This document shows positions 1-8,757 of a DNA stretch of 32,000 bases, piece by piece. The notes under the pieces were generated by a model. It saw only the letters and a list, made by a program, of their open reading frames with translations, was not told where the DNA came from and did no database searches. Position 1 is the stretch's first letter. Each line of letters opens with the position of its first letter. A program made the translations under genes and the position numbers. The DNA lies in NCBI GenBank assembly GCA_965247795.1, contig OZ252033.1, positions 786,486 to 818,485 on the forward strand. Direction: 5' to 3'. This DNA is from Nitrospira sp. GTDB lineage: Bacteria > Nitrospirota > Nitrospiria > Nitrospirales > Nitrospiraceae.

Positions 1-1474
1 GCCGATGCTCTACATGGGATATGTCGGATTCTCTGTGGCCTTCGCGTTTGCCATTGCCGCGCTGCTGGGGGGCAATCTCGATGCCGCCTGGGCACGCTGG
101 TCTCGCCCGTGGACGACCGTGGCCTGGTGTTTTCTGACGGTCGGAATCGCGCTGGGGAGTGGCTGGGCCTATTACGAACTGGGTTGGGGAGGGTGGTGGT
201 TCTGGGATCCGGTCGAAAACGCGTCGTTCATGCCCTGGTTGGCCGGAACCGCGTTGATTCACTCGCTCGCCGTGACCGATAAGCGGGGCGGCTTTAAAGT
301 CTGGACCGTCTTGCTCGCAATCCTGGCGTTTTCGTTGAGCCTGCTCGGGACGTTTCTCGTGCGCTCCGGTATCTTGACCTCTGTCCATGCGTTTGCCACT
401 GACCCGAAGCGTGGCTTGTTCATCCTCGTGTTCCTGGCCGTGGTGATTGGAGGTGCGCTGATCTTGTACGCGTGGCGCGCACCGCGCGTGGGACTGGGCG
501 GCGGGTTTTCCCTCCTGTCACGCGAGGCGATGCTGCTGGCCAACAATGTGTTACTGCTCGCGGCTATGGGGGCGGTGTTGTTGGGCACGCTGTATCCCTT
601 GTTCCTGGATGCGCTGGGCCTCGGGAAAATCTCTGTCGGTCCACCCTATTTTGACGCCGTCTTTGCCCCTCTGATGACACCGGCCGTCTTTTTGATGGGG
701 ATCGGGCCTCTTGCGCAGTGGAAGAAAGCAAACCTGCCGGCATTGGCATTGCGACTGCGCTGGGCATGCGGAGTCAGCATCGTGACCGCCCTCGCGCTGC
801 CGTTTGTCCTGGGCAAGTGGACGCCATTGATCAGCCTGGGGCTCCTGCTGGCAATCTGGATTGTGACGACGGCCGCGATTAACCTGCGTGAACGGCTGGC
901 CCATGTTGACGGCAGCAGCCTCGTGGGCCGCCTGGCCGCGGTACCACGATCGTATTGGGGCATGCTCCTGGCCCACTGCGGAGTTGCCGTGTTCATCGTC
1001 GGCGTGACCATGGTGAAGGGCTTCGAATCGGAGAAAGACGTACGGATGAACGTCGGAGAGACGACGACCATCGGCGGCTATACTTTCCGATTCGACGGCG
1101 CGCAAGATGTCACAGGGCCGAACTATACGGCATCGCGCGGGACGTTTCGTGTGAGTCAGGATGGCCATGACACGACCGTGCTGTATCCGGAAAAGCGCCG
1201 CTATACTGTCCAGAATCAGATCATGACCGAAGCCGCGATCGATTCTGGATTGCTGCGCGACCTGTATGTGGCGTTGGGTGAACCGCTCGACGATGGCGCC
1301 TGGAGTGTGCGGCTCTACCACAAGCCTTTTGTCAATTGGATCTGGGGTGGATGTTTGCTCATGGCGTTAGGCGGCGTGCTGGCCATTACCGATCGCCGCT
1401 ACCGACTCGCGTGGCGCCGTGAAGAGCTGAATGTGCCGGCGGCGACACAGACGGTTGAGCGGACGGTCACATGA
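1..1474 (+). CDS. ccmF: Cytochrome c-type biogenesis heme lyase subunit CcmF, C-terminal ~490 aa (5' end lies outside the window)
   Basis: The reading frame is open to the window edge. It contains the heme-handling WWD signature WGGWWFWDPVENASFMPW and many TM segments. Its stop overlaps the next start (ATGA at 1471-1474). Confidence 0.95.
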   Translation, partial: PMLYMGYVGFSVAFAFAIAALLGGNLDAAWARWSRPWTTVAWCFLTVGIALGSGWAYYELGWGGWWFWDPVENASFMPWLAGTALIHSLAVTDKRGGFKVWTVLLAILAFSLSLLGTFLVRSGILTSVHAFATDPKRGLFILVFLAVVIGGALILYAWRAPRVGLGGGFSLLSREAMLLANNVLLLAAMGAVLLGTLYPLFLDALGLGKISVGPPYFDAVFAPLMTPAVFLMGIGPLAQWKKANLPALALRLRWACGVSIVTALALPFVLGKWTPLISLGLLLAIWIVTTAAINLRERLAHVDGSSLVGRLAAVPRSYWGMLLAHCGVAVFIVGVTMVKGFESEKDVRMNVGETTTIGGYTFRFDGAQDVTGPNYTASRGTFRVSQDGHDTTVLYPEKRRYTVQNQIMTEAAIDSGLLRDLYVALGEPLDDGAWSVRLYHKPFVNWIWGGCLLMALGGVLAITDRRYRLAWRREELNVPAATQTVERTVT

Positions 1475-1998
1475 AACGGTTTCTCCTCCCGTTTGCGATC
1501 TTTGCAGTCGTGGTCGGCTTTCTGACAGTCGGGCTGACGCTCGACCCGCGTGAAGTGCCGTCTCCCTTGGTGGGGAAGTCGGCGCCAGATTTTTCCCTGC
1601 CGCAGCTCCATGATCAGGAGAAAGTATTTTCGCCGAACGAGCTGACGGGTAAGGTTTGGCTGCTCAACTTCTGGGCTTCTTGGTGCGGTGGCTGCAAGGT
1701 CGAGCACCCGGTCCTCATGCAGCTCGCACACTCCGGGGAGGTGCCCATCTATGGCCTGGACTACAAGGATCGAAGGGAAGAAGCGCTGGCGTGGTTGAGA
1801 CAGCGGGGCAATCCCTATCCGCTGACAGCCGTGGATGAAGCAGGGCGCGTGGGCATCAACTATGGAGTCTACGGCGTGCCCGAAACTTACGTGATCGACA
1901 AGCAGGGGGTCATTCGCTACAAGCAAATCGGGCCGTTGGACGAGGACATCGTGAACGGGAAGATCTTGCCCCTTGTCAGGGAGTTGCAGAACCAATGA
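1471..1998 (+). CDS. ccmG: Thiol:disulfide interchange protein CcmG/DsbE (periplasmic thioredoxin for apocytochrome c)
   Basis: N-terminal TM anchor and a thioredoxin fold with WASWCGGCKVEHP (CxxC). ATGA overlaps with ccmF and ccmH. Confidence 0.93.
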   Translation: MKRFLLPFAIFAVVVGFLTVGLTLDPREVPSPLVGKSAPDFSLPQLHDQEKVFSPNELTGKVWLLNFWASWCGGCKVEHPVLMQLAHSGEVPIYGLDYKDRREEALAWLRQRGNPYPLTAVDEAGRVGINYGVYGVPETYVIDKQGVIRYKQIGPLDEDIVNGKILPLVRELQNQ

Positions 1999-2456
1999 GA
2001 TGGCTCTCAGTGATAATCCTTCTCCTCCCATGCCTTGCTGCGGCGGAAGAGGCCAGGCCGCTCGCCGACAATCCGCAGGTCGAAACGCGTTTGAAACACC
2101 TGGCCGTCGAGCTCCGTTGTTTGGTCTGTCAGAACCAAACGTTGGCCGATTCGGACGCGCCGCTCGCGGAAGACTTGCGCCGAGAAATTCGCGAGATGAT
2201 CGCCAAGGATATGAGCGACCAGGACATTATCGACTTTCTCGTTGCGCGCTATGGAGATTTCGTGTTGTATCGACCCCCCTTGAAGGCCACGACCGCGCTG
2301 CTCTGGCTGGGGCCGTTTCTCTTGCTGATCGCAGGCGCAACGACGTTGGTGTTTGTGCTGCGCAGGAGACAGAAGAAGCTTGCTGACGTGGCATTGTCGG
2401 AAGAGGAGCACATCCGTGTCGCGCAGATGCTCTCCGAAGGAGCCAAGAACCCATGA
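1995..2456 (+). CDS. ccmH: Cytochrome c-type biogenesis protein CcmH
   Basis: Signal peptide, LRCLVCQNQTLADSDAPLA (LRCxxC motif) and a C-terminal TM helix. ATGA overlaps on both sides. Confidence 0.93.
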   Translation: MRWLSVIILLLPCLAAAEEARPLADNPQVETRLKHLAVELRCLVCQNQTLADSDAPLAEDLRREIREMIAKDMSDQDIIDFLVARYGDFVLYRPPLKATTALLWLGPFLLLIAGATTLVFVLRRRQKKLADVALSEEEHIRVAQMLSEGAKNP

Positions 2457-4114
2457 CGCTCATGTTCTGGCTCATCGCCTCGGCCATGACCGTTCTCGTC
2501 CTCGGTCTCCTGTTGTGGCCGTTGTTGAAGCGCACTGCCGCCGCAACGGGAGAGCAGGAGAAGACGCTGTCGGTCTACCGACAGCAGTTCGCGGAATTGG
2601 AGCAGGACCGGACAAACGGCCTGCTCACCGACGAACAGTATAAGCTGTCGCGACATGAGCTGGAGCGCCGTCTGCTGGAAGAAACGGGCGCCACGGAGAC
2701 GATGCCCACACAGGCATGGCGACAGGTGAACAGCAGGCTGGTAGCTCTTGCGCTTGCCATGATCATCCCGACTGCCAGTGGGGTGCTCTATTGGACACTA
2801 GGGAATCCGCTCGCCATGACGCATCCAACTGCGCCCTCGACGTTCTCCCAAGGAAGTTCTGAGGACGCTCTTCAGGGCTCTGGTGGACTCGCGGTGGTGG
2901 TTGAGCAACTGAAGAAGAAGCTTGAACAGAATCCCAGTGACGGCGTGGGGTGGGTCTTGCTTGCGCGCTCCTATATGGCAATGGGGCGTCATGCCGATGC
3001 CGTGCCGATCTACGAGAAAGCCGTGAAACTGAATCCTGATAATGCGCAGTTACTTGTGGACTATGCCGATGCGCTCGGTATCCACCAGGGTCGCAAGCTG
3101 GAAGGCAAGCCCGACGGCTTGATTCAACGGGCACTGAAGATCGATCCACACAATGTGAAGGCGCTGATGTTGGCCGGGACCGTGTCCTTCAACCGAAAGA
3201 ATTACGCGCGCGCGGCCAAGGACTGGGAACAGGCTCGCGCGAACCTTCCTGCGGACGCAGAGCCGGAAGCGGCGCAGGAACTGACGGCTAGCATTGCAGA
3301 AGCCCAGCGCCGACTTGATGGCAGCCCAACGATGATGACCGCGAATGCGGCACTGGCGGCGCCGGCCAAGCCGACCGGGCAGATTGGATCGTCGCGTGCG
3401 ATCAGCGGCACGGTGACGCTGGCGCCGAGCCTGGCTGGCAAAGGATCTTCGACGGACACGTTGTTCGTGTTTGCACGCGCGGTCAATGGCCCACCGATGC
3501 CTGTGGCCATCGTGCGTGCGACGAAGAACGATTTACCCTTCACGTTCCGGCTCGATGACTCGACCAGCCCGATGCCGTCCAGAAAACTCTCCGACGTAGG
3601 CACGGTGGTGATTGTGGCCCGTCTGTCGAAGTCCGGCAGAGCCATGCCGGAAAGTGGAGATCTGGAGGGGATGAGTCAGCCAGTGAAGCCTGGAGTGGAG
3701 GGGATCACTATCGTTATTGATCGTGAACGACCGTCGGCGCCAGCCAAGCCGACCCAGCAGATTGGATCGTCGCGTGCGATCAGCGGCACGGTGACGCTGA
3801 CGCCGAGCCTGGCCGGCAAAGGATCTTCGACGGACACGTTGTTCGTGTTTGCGCGTGCGGTCAATGGCCCACCGATGCCTGTGGCCATCGTGCGCGCGAC
3901 GAAGAACGATTTACCCTTCACGTTCCGGCTCGATGACTCGACCAGCCCGATGCCGTCCAGAAAACTCTCCGACGTAGGCACGGTGGTGATTGTGGCCCGT
4001 CTGTCGAAGTCCGGCAGAGCCATGCCGGAAAGTGGAGATCTGGAGGGGATGAGTCAGCCAGTGAAGCCTGGAGTGGAGGGGATCACCGTCGTCATTGATC
4101 GTGAACGACCGTAA
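2453..4114 (+). CDS. ccmI: Cytochrome c-type biogenesis protein CcmI/CycH with a duplicated C-terminal domain
   Basis: N-terminal TM helices with a charged loop, then a TPR-like segment (ARSYMAMGRHADAVPIYEKAVKLNPDNAQLLVDYADAL...). A CycH-type C-terminal domain (ISGTVTL.PSLAGKGSSTDTLFVFARAVNGPPMPVAIVR...) follows and is present twice in tandem. Confidence 0.9.
   Translation: MTLMFWLIASAMTVLVLGLLLWPLLKRTAAATGEQEKTLSVYRQQFAELEQDRTNGLLTDEQYKLSRHELERRLLEETGATETMPTQAWRQVNSRLVALALAMIIPTASGVLYWTLGNPLAMTHPTAPSTFSQGSSEDALQGSGGLAVVVEQLKKKLEQNPSDGVGWVLLARSYMAMGRHADAVPIYEKAVKLNPDNAQLLVDYADALGIHQGRKLEGKPDGLIQRALKIDPHNVKALMLAGTVSFNRKNYARAAKDWEQARANLPADAEPEAAQELTASIAEAQRRLDGSPTMMTANAALAAPAKPTGQIGSSRAISGTVTLAPSLAGKGSSTDTLFVFARAVNGPPMPVAIVRATKNDLPFTFRLDDSTSPMPSRKLSDVGTVVIVARLSKSGRAMPESGDLEGMSQPVKPGVEGITIVIDRERPSAPAKPTQQIGSSRAISGTVTLTPSLAGKGSSTDTLFVFARAVNGPPMPVAIVRATKNDLPFTFRLDDSTSPMPSRKLSDVGTVVIVARLSKSGRAMPESGDLEGMSQPVKPGVEGITVVIDRERP
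3359..4111 (+). repeat. In-frame tandem duplication inside ccmI: copy 1 3359-3736, copy 2 3737-4111 (period 378 bp)
   Basis: My codon-by-codon alignment found 11 nucleotide differences over 375 aligned nt. Seven codons differ synonymously and three carry replacements (G->Q, A->T, I->V). Confidence 0.98.
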
Positions 4115-4129
4115 CGCTGGGAAGCCCAC

Positions 4130-4936
4130 AGGTCTCTCTCTCTTCTTTCACACCACGCTGCTCGACCTCCTGCCGCTGATCCTTGCCCTGGTCCCGTATT
4201 CCCGTCGCCACAGCAAGAAGGAAACCCACCGCCGCGCTCGCCTGGTCGAGACCGTCAAGTCGGGGCTCGCAACGCCCCTGACGCTCCATCCGGTCATGAA
4301 CACCAACACGTGAATCGGATCGAGCGCCTGTGTCGGACCCTGTCCGAAACACGCGATTGGGATCGTGAGAGGCACAGCACGGTTCTGGTGGAGCTGGACC
4401 ACGGCATCGGCCTCAGCGCCTGCGAGGCGGCGTGCCCAATCGAAGCGATCCAGCCAGTGTTCGGGACGGAGCCGTGTGGGATCGATCTCCCATTCGTCAC
4501 ACCCCGACCTGTGCGACCCACCATGTCCGACCTCTTCATCGTCGGCGAGTTGGGTGGGATGGGGCTGATTCACAAAGGAGTCGAGCAAGGAGCGCGGGCG
4601 ATCGCGTCCATCTACAAAAACACAGAGAGTGCCAATGAGCAGGATGGTGTGATCGTTGGCGCCGACCCAGCCGGCAGCTCTCCATCCCCACCGGCCAGCT
4701 AAGGAGCATGGTTGGCGATTCGTGACGGTCGAACAGGACGACTCACTCGGCGGCTCGCTCTACCACGACCCGCATCGGAAACCGGCCATGACGGTCATAG
4801 CATGTCGGAGCATCCCACGGCGATCGCGTATCCCACGGTGACCGTGGAGCCGGCTGCGGGTGGTCTGGCTGAGGACGCCCTGGGAAAACAAGAACTTGTG
4901 GCCCTCATGCGGTTCTACGCCGAGACCTATCATTGA
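4130..4936 (+). pseudogene. Decayed remnant of a membrane-anchored 4Fe-4S ferredoxin-domain / FAD-NAD(P) oxidoreductase
   Basis: Similarity is scattered over three frames. The pieces are a TM/charged N-terminus (LLPLILALVPYSRRHSKKE...SGLATPLTLHPV), a ferredoxin-like ACEAACPIEAIQPVFGTE with upstream Cys ligands lost, DLFIVGELGGMGLIHKGVEQGARAI, a degenerate dinucleotide-binding DGVIVGADPAG, then VTVEQDDSLGGSLYHDPHRK. Several frameshifts and stops are present and the total length is far too short for the family. Confidence 0.45.
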
Positions 4937-5021
4937 ATCATGGCACATGACTTGCTTCAGTTATTTTAAGTAGTACAATTTAAGCAGTATAGCTAGGTCC
5001 ATAATTCCACTTAAATTTCAA

Positions 5022-5050
5022 TTGACAGCTGATAAACGCTACTATATATT
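5022..5050 (+). promoter_or_regulatory. Sigma70-type promoter candidate for the hao-cyc operon
   Basis: TTGACA (5022-5027), a 17-nt spacer and TATATT (5045-5050) sit in an AT-rich island ~50 nt upstream of the haoA ATG. A GGGGGAGGG Shine-Dalgarno precedes the ATG at 5098. Confidence 0.5.
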
Positions 5051-5097
5051 TCCGCGCGAATGAAGCAACGTGCGCATATTACGGGGGAGGGCATGCT

Positions 5098-6825
5098 ATG
5101 AAAATGAGGCTGGGGCTTGGAATGGTAATAGCCTTCTGCGGATCACTATACGCCTCGACCGTGCAAGCGGACTTCCCCACGATCCCCAAGGAACTCTACA
5201 AGGCGCTCAACATCGAGCGGTCAGCTACGCCCAAGGAATTGTACGAGGCGGTGGTGAAACGATACCTGGATCCGGAGCAAGGCTTTGGGAAAGGGCAGTA
5301 CGCCGAGTTCTGGGAGCCAATCCCCTACAGCCAGTACCTTGACCCTGGGTCCTTCTACAAGCCGCCGCAGTCGGTTAAAGAGATCTCGACACGCGAAGAG
5401 TGCGTCGAGTGCCATACCGACGAGTCGCCCGGTTGGGTAATCGCGTGGAAGCAGAGCTCCCATGCCAATCTGCAGAAGATCCGCAACCTCACCCCGCGTG
5501 ATGACATCTATTACAAGAAAGCAAAGCTGGAGGCGATCGAGGAGAACCTGCGCTCGATGGGCAAACTCGGCAAGAATGAGAAATTGCAGGAAGTCAGCTG
5601 CATCGATTGCCACTTCTCCATCAATACCAAGAAGAAGGCCGACCACCGGAAAGACCTGCGCATGGGCACCGCCGATGTGTGCGGCACCTGTCACCTGCAG
5701 GAGTTTGCTGAACGGGAGTCCGAACGGGACACCCTCACCTGGCCGGCTGACCAGTGGCCCAAGGGCCGCCCGTCGCACGCGCTGGACTACAGGGCCAACG
5801 TCGAGGTGCAGGTGTATGCAGGGATGCCGGAACGCGAGATCGCCGAAGGCTGCACCGGGTGCCACATCAATCAGAACAAGTGCGACACCTGCCACGTTAG
5901 GCACGCATTCTCGGCGGCCGAGTCGCGTAAGTCTGAGGCCTGCGGGACCTGCCACAACGGGGCCGACCACAACAATTGGACAGCCTACAGCTTCTCACGG
6001 CACGGAATGAACTATCAGGCGGAGAAAGCAAATTGGAATTTTAACGTGCAACTCAAGGACGCTCTCGACAAGGGCGGGCAGACCTCGCCCAGCTGCCAGA
6101 CCTGTCACTTTGAGTACAATGGCAAGTTCGGCTCGCACAACCTGGTGCAAAAGGTGCGCTGGGCGAACTACCCCTTCGTGCCCGGCATCCGGGAAAACAT
6201 CTCCAGCGAGTGGTCCGAGCAGCGCCTGGATATGTGGGTCAAGACCTGCACCAATTGCCACTCCGAGACGTACGCCCGCGCCTGGCTGGACTGGATGGAC
6301 AAGGGCACCTTCGCGATGCTTGATAAATACGATGAGGTGCATAAGATAGTGAAGAAGCAGTTTGATGATGGCCTGCTCACAGGCCAGAAGACCAACCGCC
6401 CGAAGCCTCCGGCCCCGATCAAAGACGGGTTCGAGCAGTTCTTCCAGATCTTCTGGTCAAAGGACAACAACCCGGCTTCGATCGAGCTCAAGCTCTTTGA
6501 AATGGCTGAGGATCATATGGTGATGGGGCATGTGAGCCTCGCCCACGTCTACTGGGGTGGGTTTACCTACACCCAAGGCTGGGGGCCGATGAATCGAGCC
6601 TATGTCGAGATCATGGACGAGACCACGAAGCTCAAGGAGACGATGGCGCTGCAAGCACGGGTCGCCAAGCTCGAGCAGGGCCCCATGAGCAGCATGCTCG
6701 ACCTCATGAGCAGCCTTGACAGCACGGGTGCGAAGCTTTCGCTCGGAGGCTTGGGCGTCGGGATGCTACTGACCGGCACGCTCACGCTCGCCGGGTGGCG
6801 GAAGCGCAAAAGGAACGCTCGTTGA
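5098..6825 (+). CDS. haoA: Hydroxylamine dehydrogenase/oxidoreductase, octaheme subunit HaoA
   Basis: Signal peptide plus eight CxxCH motifs (CVECH, CIDCH, CGTCH, CTGCH, CDTCH, CGTCH, CQTCH, CTNCH). It is colinear with my recollection of Nitrosomonas europaea HAO, including [19 protein letters not shown] (cross-linking Tyr position) and the C-terminal hydrophobic tail + WRKRK. Confidence 0.97.
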   Translation: MKMRLGLGMVIAFCGSLYASTVQADFPTIPKELYKALNIERSATPKELYEAVVKRYLDPEQGFGKGQYAEFWEPIPYSQYLDPGSFYKPPQSVKEISTREECVECHTDESPGWVIAWKQSSHANLQKIRNLTPRDDIYYKKAKLEAIEENLRSMGKLGKNEKLQEVSCIDCHFSINTKKKADHRKDLRMGTADVCGTCHLQEFAERESERDTLTWPADQWPKGRPSHALDYRANVEVQVYAGMPEREIAEGCTGCHINQNKCDTCHVRHAFSAAESRKSEACGTCHNGADHNNWTAYSFSRHGMNYQAEKANWNFNVQLKDALDKGGQTSPSCQTCHFEYNGKFGSHNLVQKVRWANYPFVPGIRENISSEWSEQRLDMWVKTCTNCHSETYARAWLDWMDKGTFAMLDKYDEVHKIVKKQFDDGLLTGQKTNRPKPPAPIKDGFEQFFQIFWSKDNNPASIELKLFEMAEDHMVMGHVSLAHVYWGGFTYTQGWGPMNRAYVEIMDETTKLKETMALQARVAKLEQGPMSSMLDLMSSLDSTGAKLSLGGLGVGMLLTGTLTLAGWRKRKRNAR

Positions 6826-6875
6826 TCTCCTCTCCTGTCCCTGAGCGCCATGGTGTGCGTTCCTGAACGGCCACC

Positions 6876-7889
6876 GTGGCGACTCGACTGGGAATTAAAC
6901 TCCTCCCGTCACTAGGAATCGTTCTGGTGACGGGAGGAGTTTTTGTGCTCGGCTGGATCGCGTACCTGTGGCTCCTCCCCGTGCCGGCACCCTACCGCTA
7001 CCATCTCGTCGAGAAGGGCGGGGTCGGCAAGTTCGCCCAACTTGGGCTGGAAGCATGGCCGGGTCTCACCATAGGTCAGTACGAAGTACGCGTGGACTCT
7101 GTGGACAAGCCCATCGCCGTGGTCTATCGCGCGACCCGCGACGACGCCCCACCCGTCTTGCTCAACTGGGAGAGCGGCGTCAGCGAACCGTTAGGGTTCA
7201 TCGGGAGCAAACTATCCGAGTTGACCACGGTGGCGACGGCGATTGCCAAGCATACGCCAACAGATGCCGTCGTCCTCGCATGGTGGGACACCTCACGCCA
7301 AGTGCAACTGCTCGCCGACCGCGACACGGTGTTCACATCCCACCTCAGGCAGCCGATGATGGTGCCTTCCTACTGGACCGGACGGAGCGCTGCCATCGAC
7401 ACGTACGAGCGCGAGTTCTGGGGCGCCCCGGCGCCGTTCGAAGAGCGTCGGCACTTCGAGCGCTTCGTCGACGCGCTGGCGGCGGATCCGAACGAAGGCG
7501 TGGTGATGCTGCGCGAGTTGGCCGGCCCGCGCGAGGCGTATCTGGTGGTCCATGTCACCGATATCTATAAACTGGGACTGATGCGCCCGGAGCGCCTCGA
7601 CCTCGCCTTCAAAAATTTCCCGATACCCAGCGACGTGCACGGGCTGGCCCAGCACGTGAAGGCCTGGATGACAAACAACAACTACGACACGTACACGCTC
7701 CAATCGCTCTCCGAGGCGTCGGTACGCGGCTATTTCCTCCGCGAGGTCAAAAGCGGCTACCCACTGCTCGCGCAGTTGCTGCCCTTCACGGACTGGGCGC
7801 CTCTTGACCTGGAAGCGGTGCAGCTCATCTACCAGCACGGCGGCTATTGGGTGTACAAGCTCACTCCTGCAGAGCCGTCCGGTGTCTGA
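6876..7889 (+). CDS. haoB: HaoB (orf2 of hao clusters), membrane-anchored periplasmic protein
   Basis: GTG start at 6876, the only start after an in-frame stop at 6864. It has an N-terminal TM helix and occupies the conserved position between haoA and cycA. The call rests mainly on synteny. Confidence 0.8.
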   Translation: MATRLGIKLLPSLGIVLVTGGVFVLGWIAYLWLLPVPAPYRYHLVEKGGVGKFAQLGLEAWPGLTIGQYEVRVDSVDKPIAVVYRATRDDAPPVLLNWESGVSEPLGFIGSKLSELTTVATAIAKHTPTDAVVLAWWDTSRQVQLLADRDTVFTSHLRQPMMVPSYWTGRSAAIDTYEREFWGAPAPFEERRHFERFVDALAADPNEGVVMLRELAGPREAYLVVHVTDIYKLGLMRPERLDLAFKNFPIPSDVHGLAQHVKAWMTNNNYDTYTLQSLSEASVRGYFLREVKSGYPLLAQLLPFTDWAPLDLEAVQLIYQHGGYWVYKLTPAEPSGV

Positions 7890-8046
7890 TGGCTTCAGCA
7901 GCCGCAGTGGTCCAAGGGCGCGGGGGGTGTTATTCTGTGTAGCAAAGTGTCGCAAAACGATGATACCATATGGCTATAAGCCATGGTGAGAGTCCAACCA
8001 CGACGAGAGTTGTGTGAAATGTTGGTGTGATGAAAGGAGCTATCTC

Positions 8047-8757
8047 GTGAATCATCCCATGATGCACGTACTCGCCGCTGCTGCGGTGTTCGTGATTCTG
8101 GCCGGAAGCGCGACCGCCGAGCCGATGTTCGAAGGGAAGAAGAAATGCTATAATTGCCACAAGAGTCAGGGCAAATCCTGGGACAAAACTGCCCACGCCA
8201 AGGCCGTCAACTCGCTCAAGCCCGAGGCTCGGGAGAAAGCCAAGCTCAAGGCCAAGCTCGACCCCAAGAAGGACTACACCGAGGACAAGGATTGTATCGG
8301 CTGTCACGTGACCGGATTCGGGGAGGAAGGCGGGTATATCGTTCAGGACCCGGACAAATTTCTGAGGGGCGTAGGCTGCGAATCCTGCCACGGGGCGGGC
8401 AGCGACTATCGAAAAATTCACCGCAAGAAGGGTGAGCGCTTTGAAAAGGCGAAAGAGACGGCGTCGCGCGAGTCTCTCGCGGAGGTCGGGGAAGACTTCG
8501 AGTTCATCGAGGCGTGCAACGCCTGCCACCTGAACTACGAGGGGTCGGGATGGAAGGGCACGAAGAAACCGTATACCCCGTTCACCCCCGAGGTAGACAA
8601 GAAGTATGTGTTCGACTTCGACAAGTCCGTACAGGACAGCGAGGCCATGCATGAGCATTTCAAACTAGAGGGCACGTTCACTGGCCCGCCTGTCTTTAAA
8701 TTCCATAAGGAATTTCAAGCCAAGGCCAAGCCGCTCCCAGCCGACGAGGAGGAGTGA
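8047..8757 (+). CDS. cycA: Tetraheme cytochrome c554
   Basis: Four heme motifs (CYNCH, CIGCH, CESCH, CNACH). It aligns closely to my recollection of N. europaea c554 (PFEG.KKC..CHK.Q..SW..TAHAKA, MHEH.KLEG.F.G.P.FKFH.EFQA.AKP). The start is set at GTG 8047, 7 nt after AAAGGAG; ATG 8059/8062 or the ORF-track start 8014 are alternatives. Confidence 0.95.
   Translation: MNHPMMHVLAAAAVFVILAGSATAEPMFEGKKKCYNCHKSQGKSWDKTAHAKAVNSLKPEAREKAKLKAKLDPKKDYTEDKDCIGCHVTGFGEEGGYIVQDPDKFLRGVGCESCHGAGSDYRKIHRKKGERFEKAKETASRESLAEVGEDFEFIEACNACHLNYEGSGWKGTKKPYTPFTPEVDKKYVFDFDKSVQDSEAMHEHFKLEGTFTGPPVFKFHKEFQAKAKPLPADEEE

Noticed and set aside
551-1321. 256-aa - strand ORF, and several other ORFs antisense to or overlapping ccmF
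   Set aside because: It lies entirely inside the strongly supported ccmF frame. The composition is Arg/Gln/His-rich and typical of antisense frames in high-GC DNA, and no motifs are present.
3202-4023. Two - strand ORFs (3202-3645 and 3676-4023) that both begin MALPDFDRRATITTV...
   Set aside because: They are mirror images of the ccmI tandem duplication on the non-coding strand. Their similarity simply reflects the repeat and is not evidence of a duplicated gene.
5221-5970. 249-aa - strand ORF and the 182-aa + strand alternate-frame ORF within haoA
   Set aside because: These are shadow ORFs inside the octaheme haoA frame, with low-complexity Arg/Pro/Ala-rich translations.
7970-7984. Small hairpin atggct-ata-agccat in the haoB-cycA spacer, considered as a terminator or attenuator
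   Set aside because: It has only a 6-bp stem with a 3-nt loop, is AT-rich and lacks a U-tract. That is too weak to call.
7293-8658. Long - strand ORFs (7293-7955, 7930-8658) opposite haoB and cycA
   Set aside because: They are antisense to well-supported genes (heme motifs and homology lie on the + strand). They have no start context or recognisable domains.
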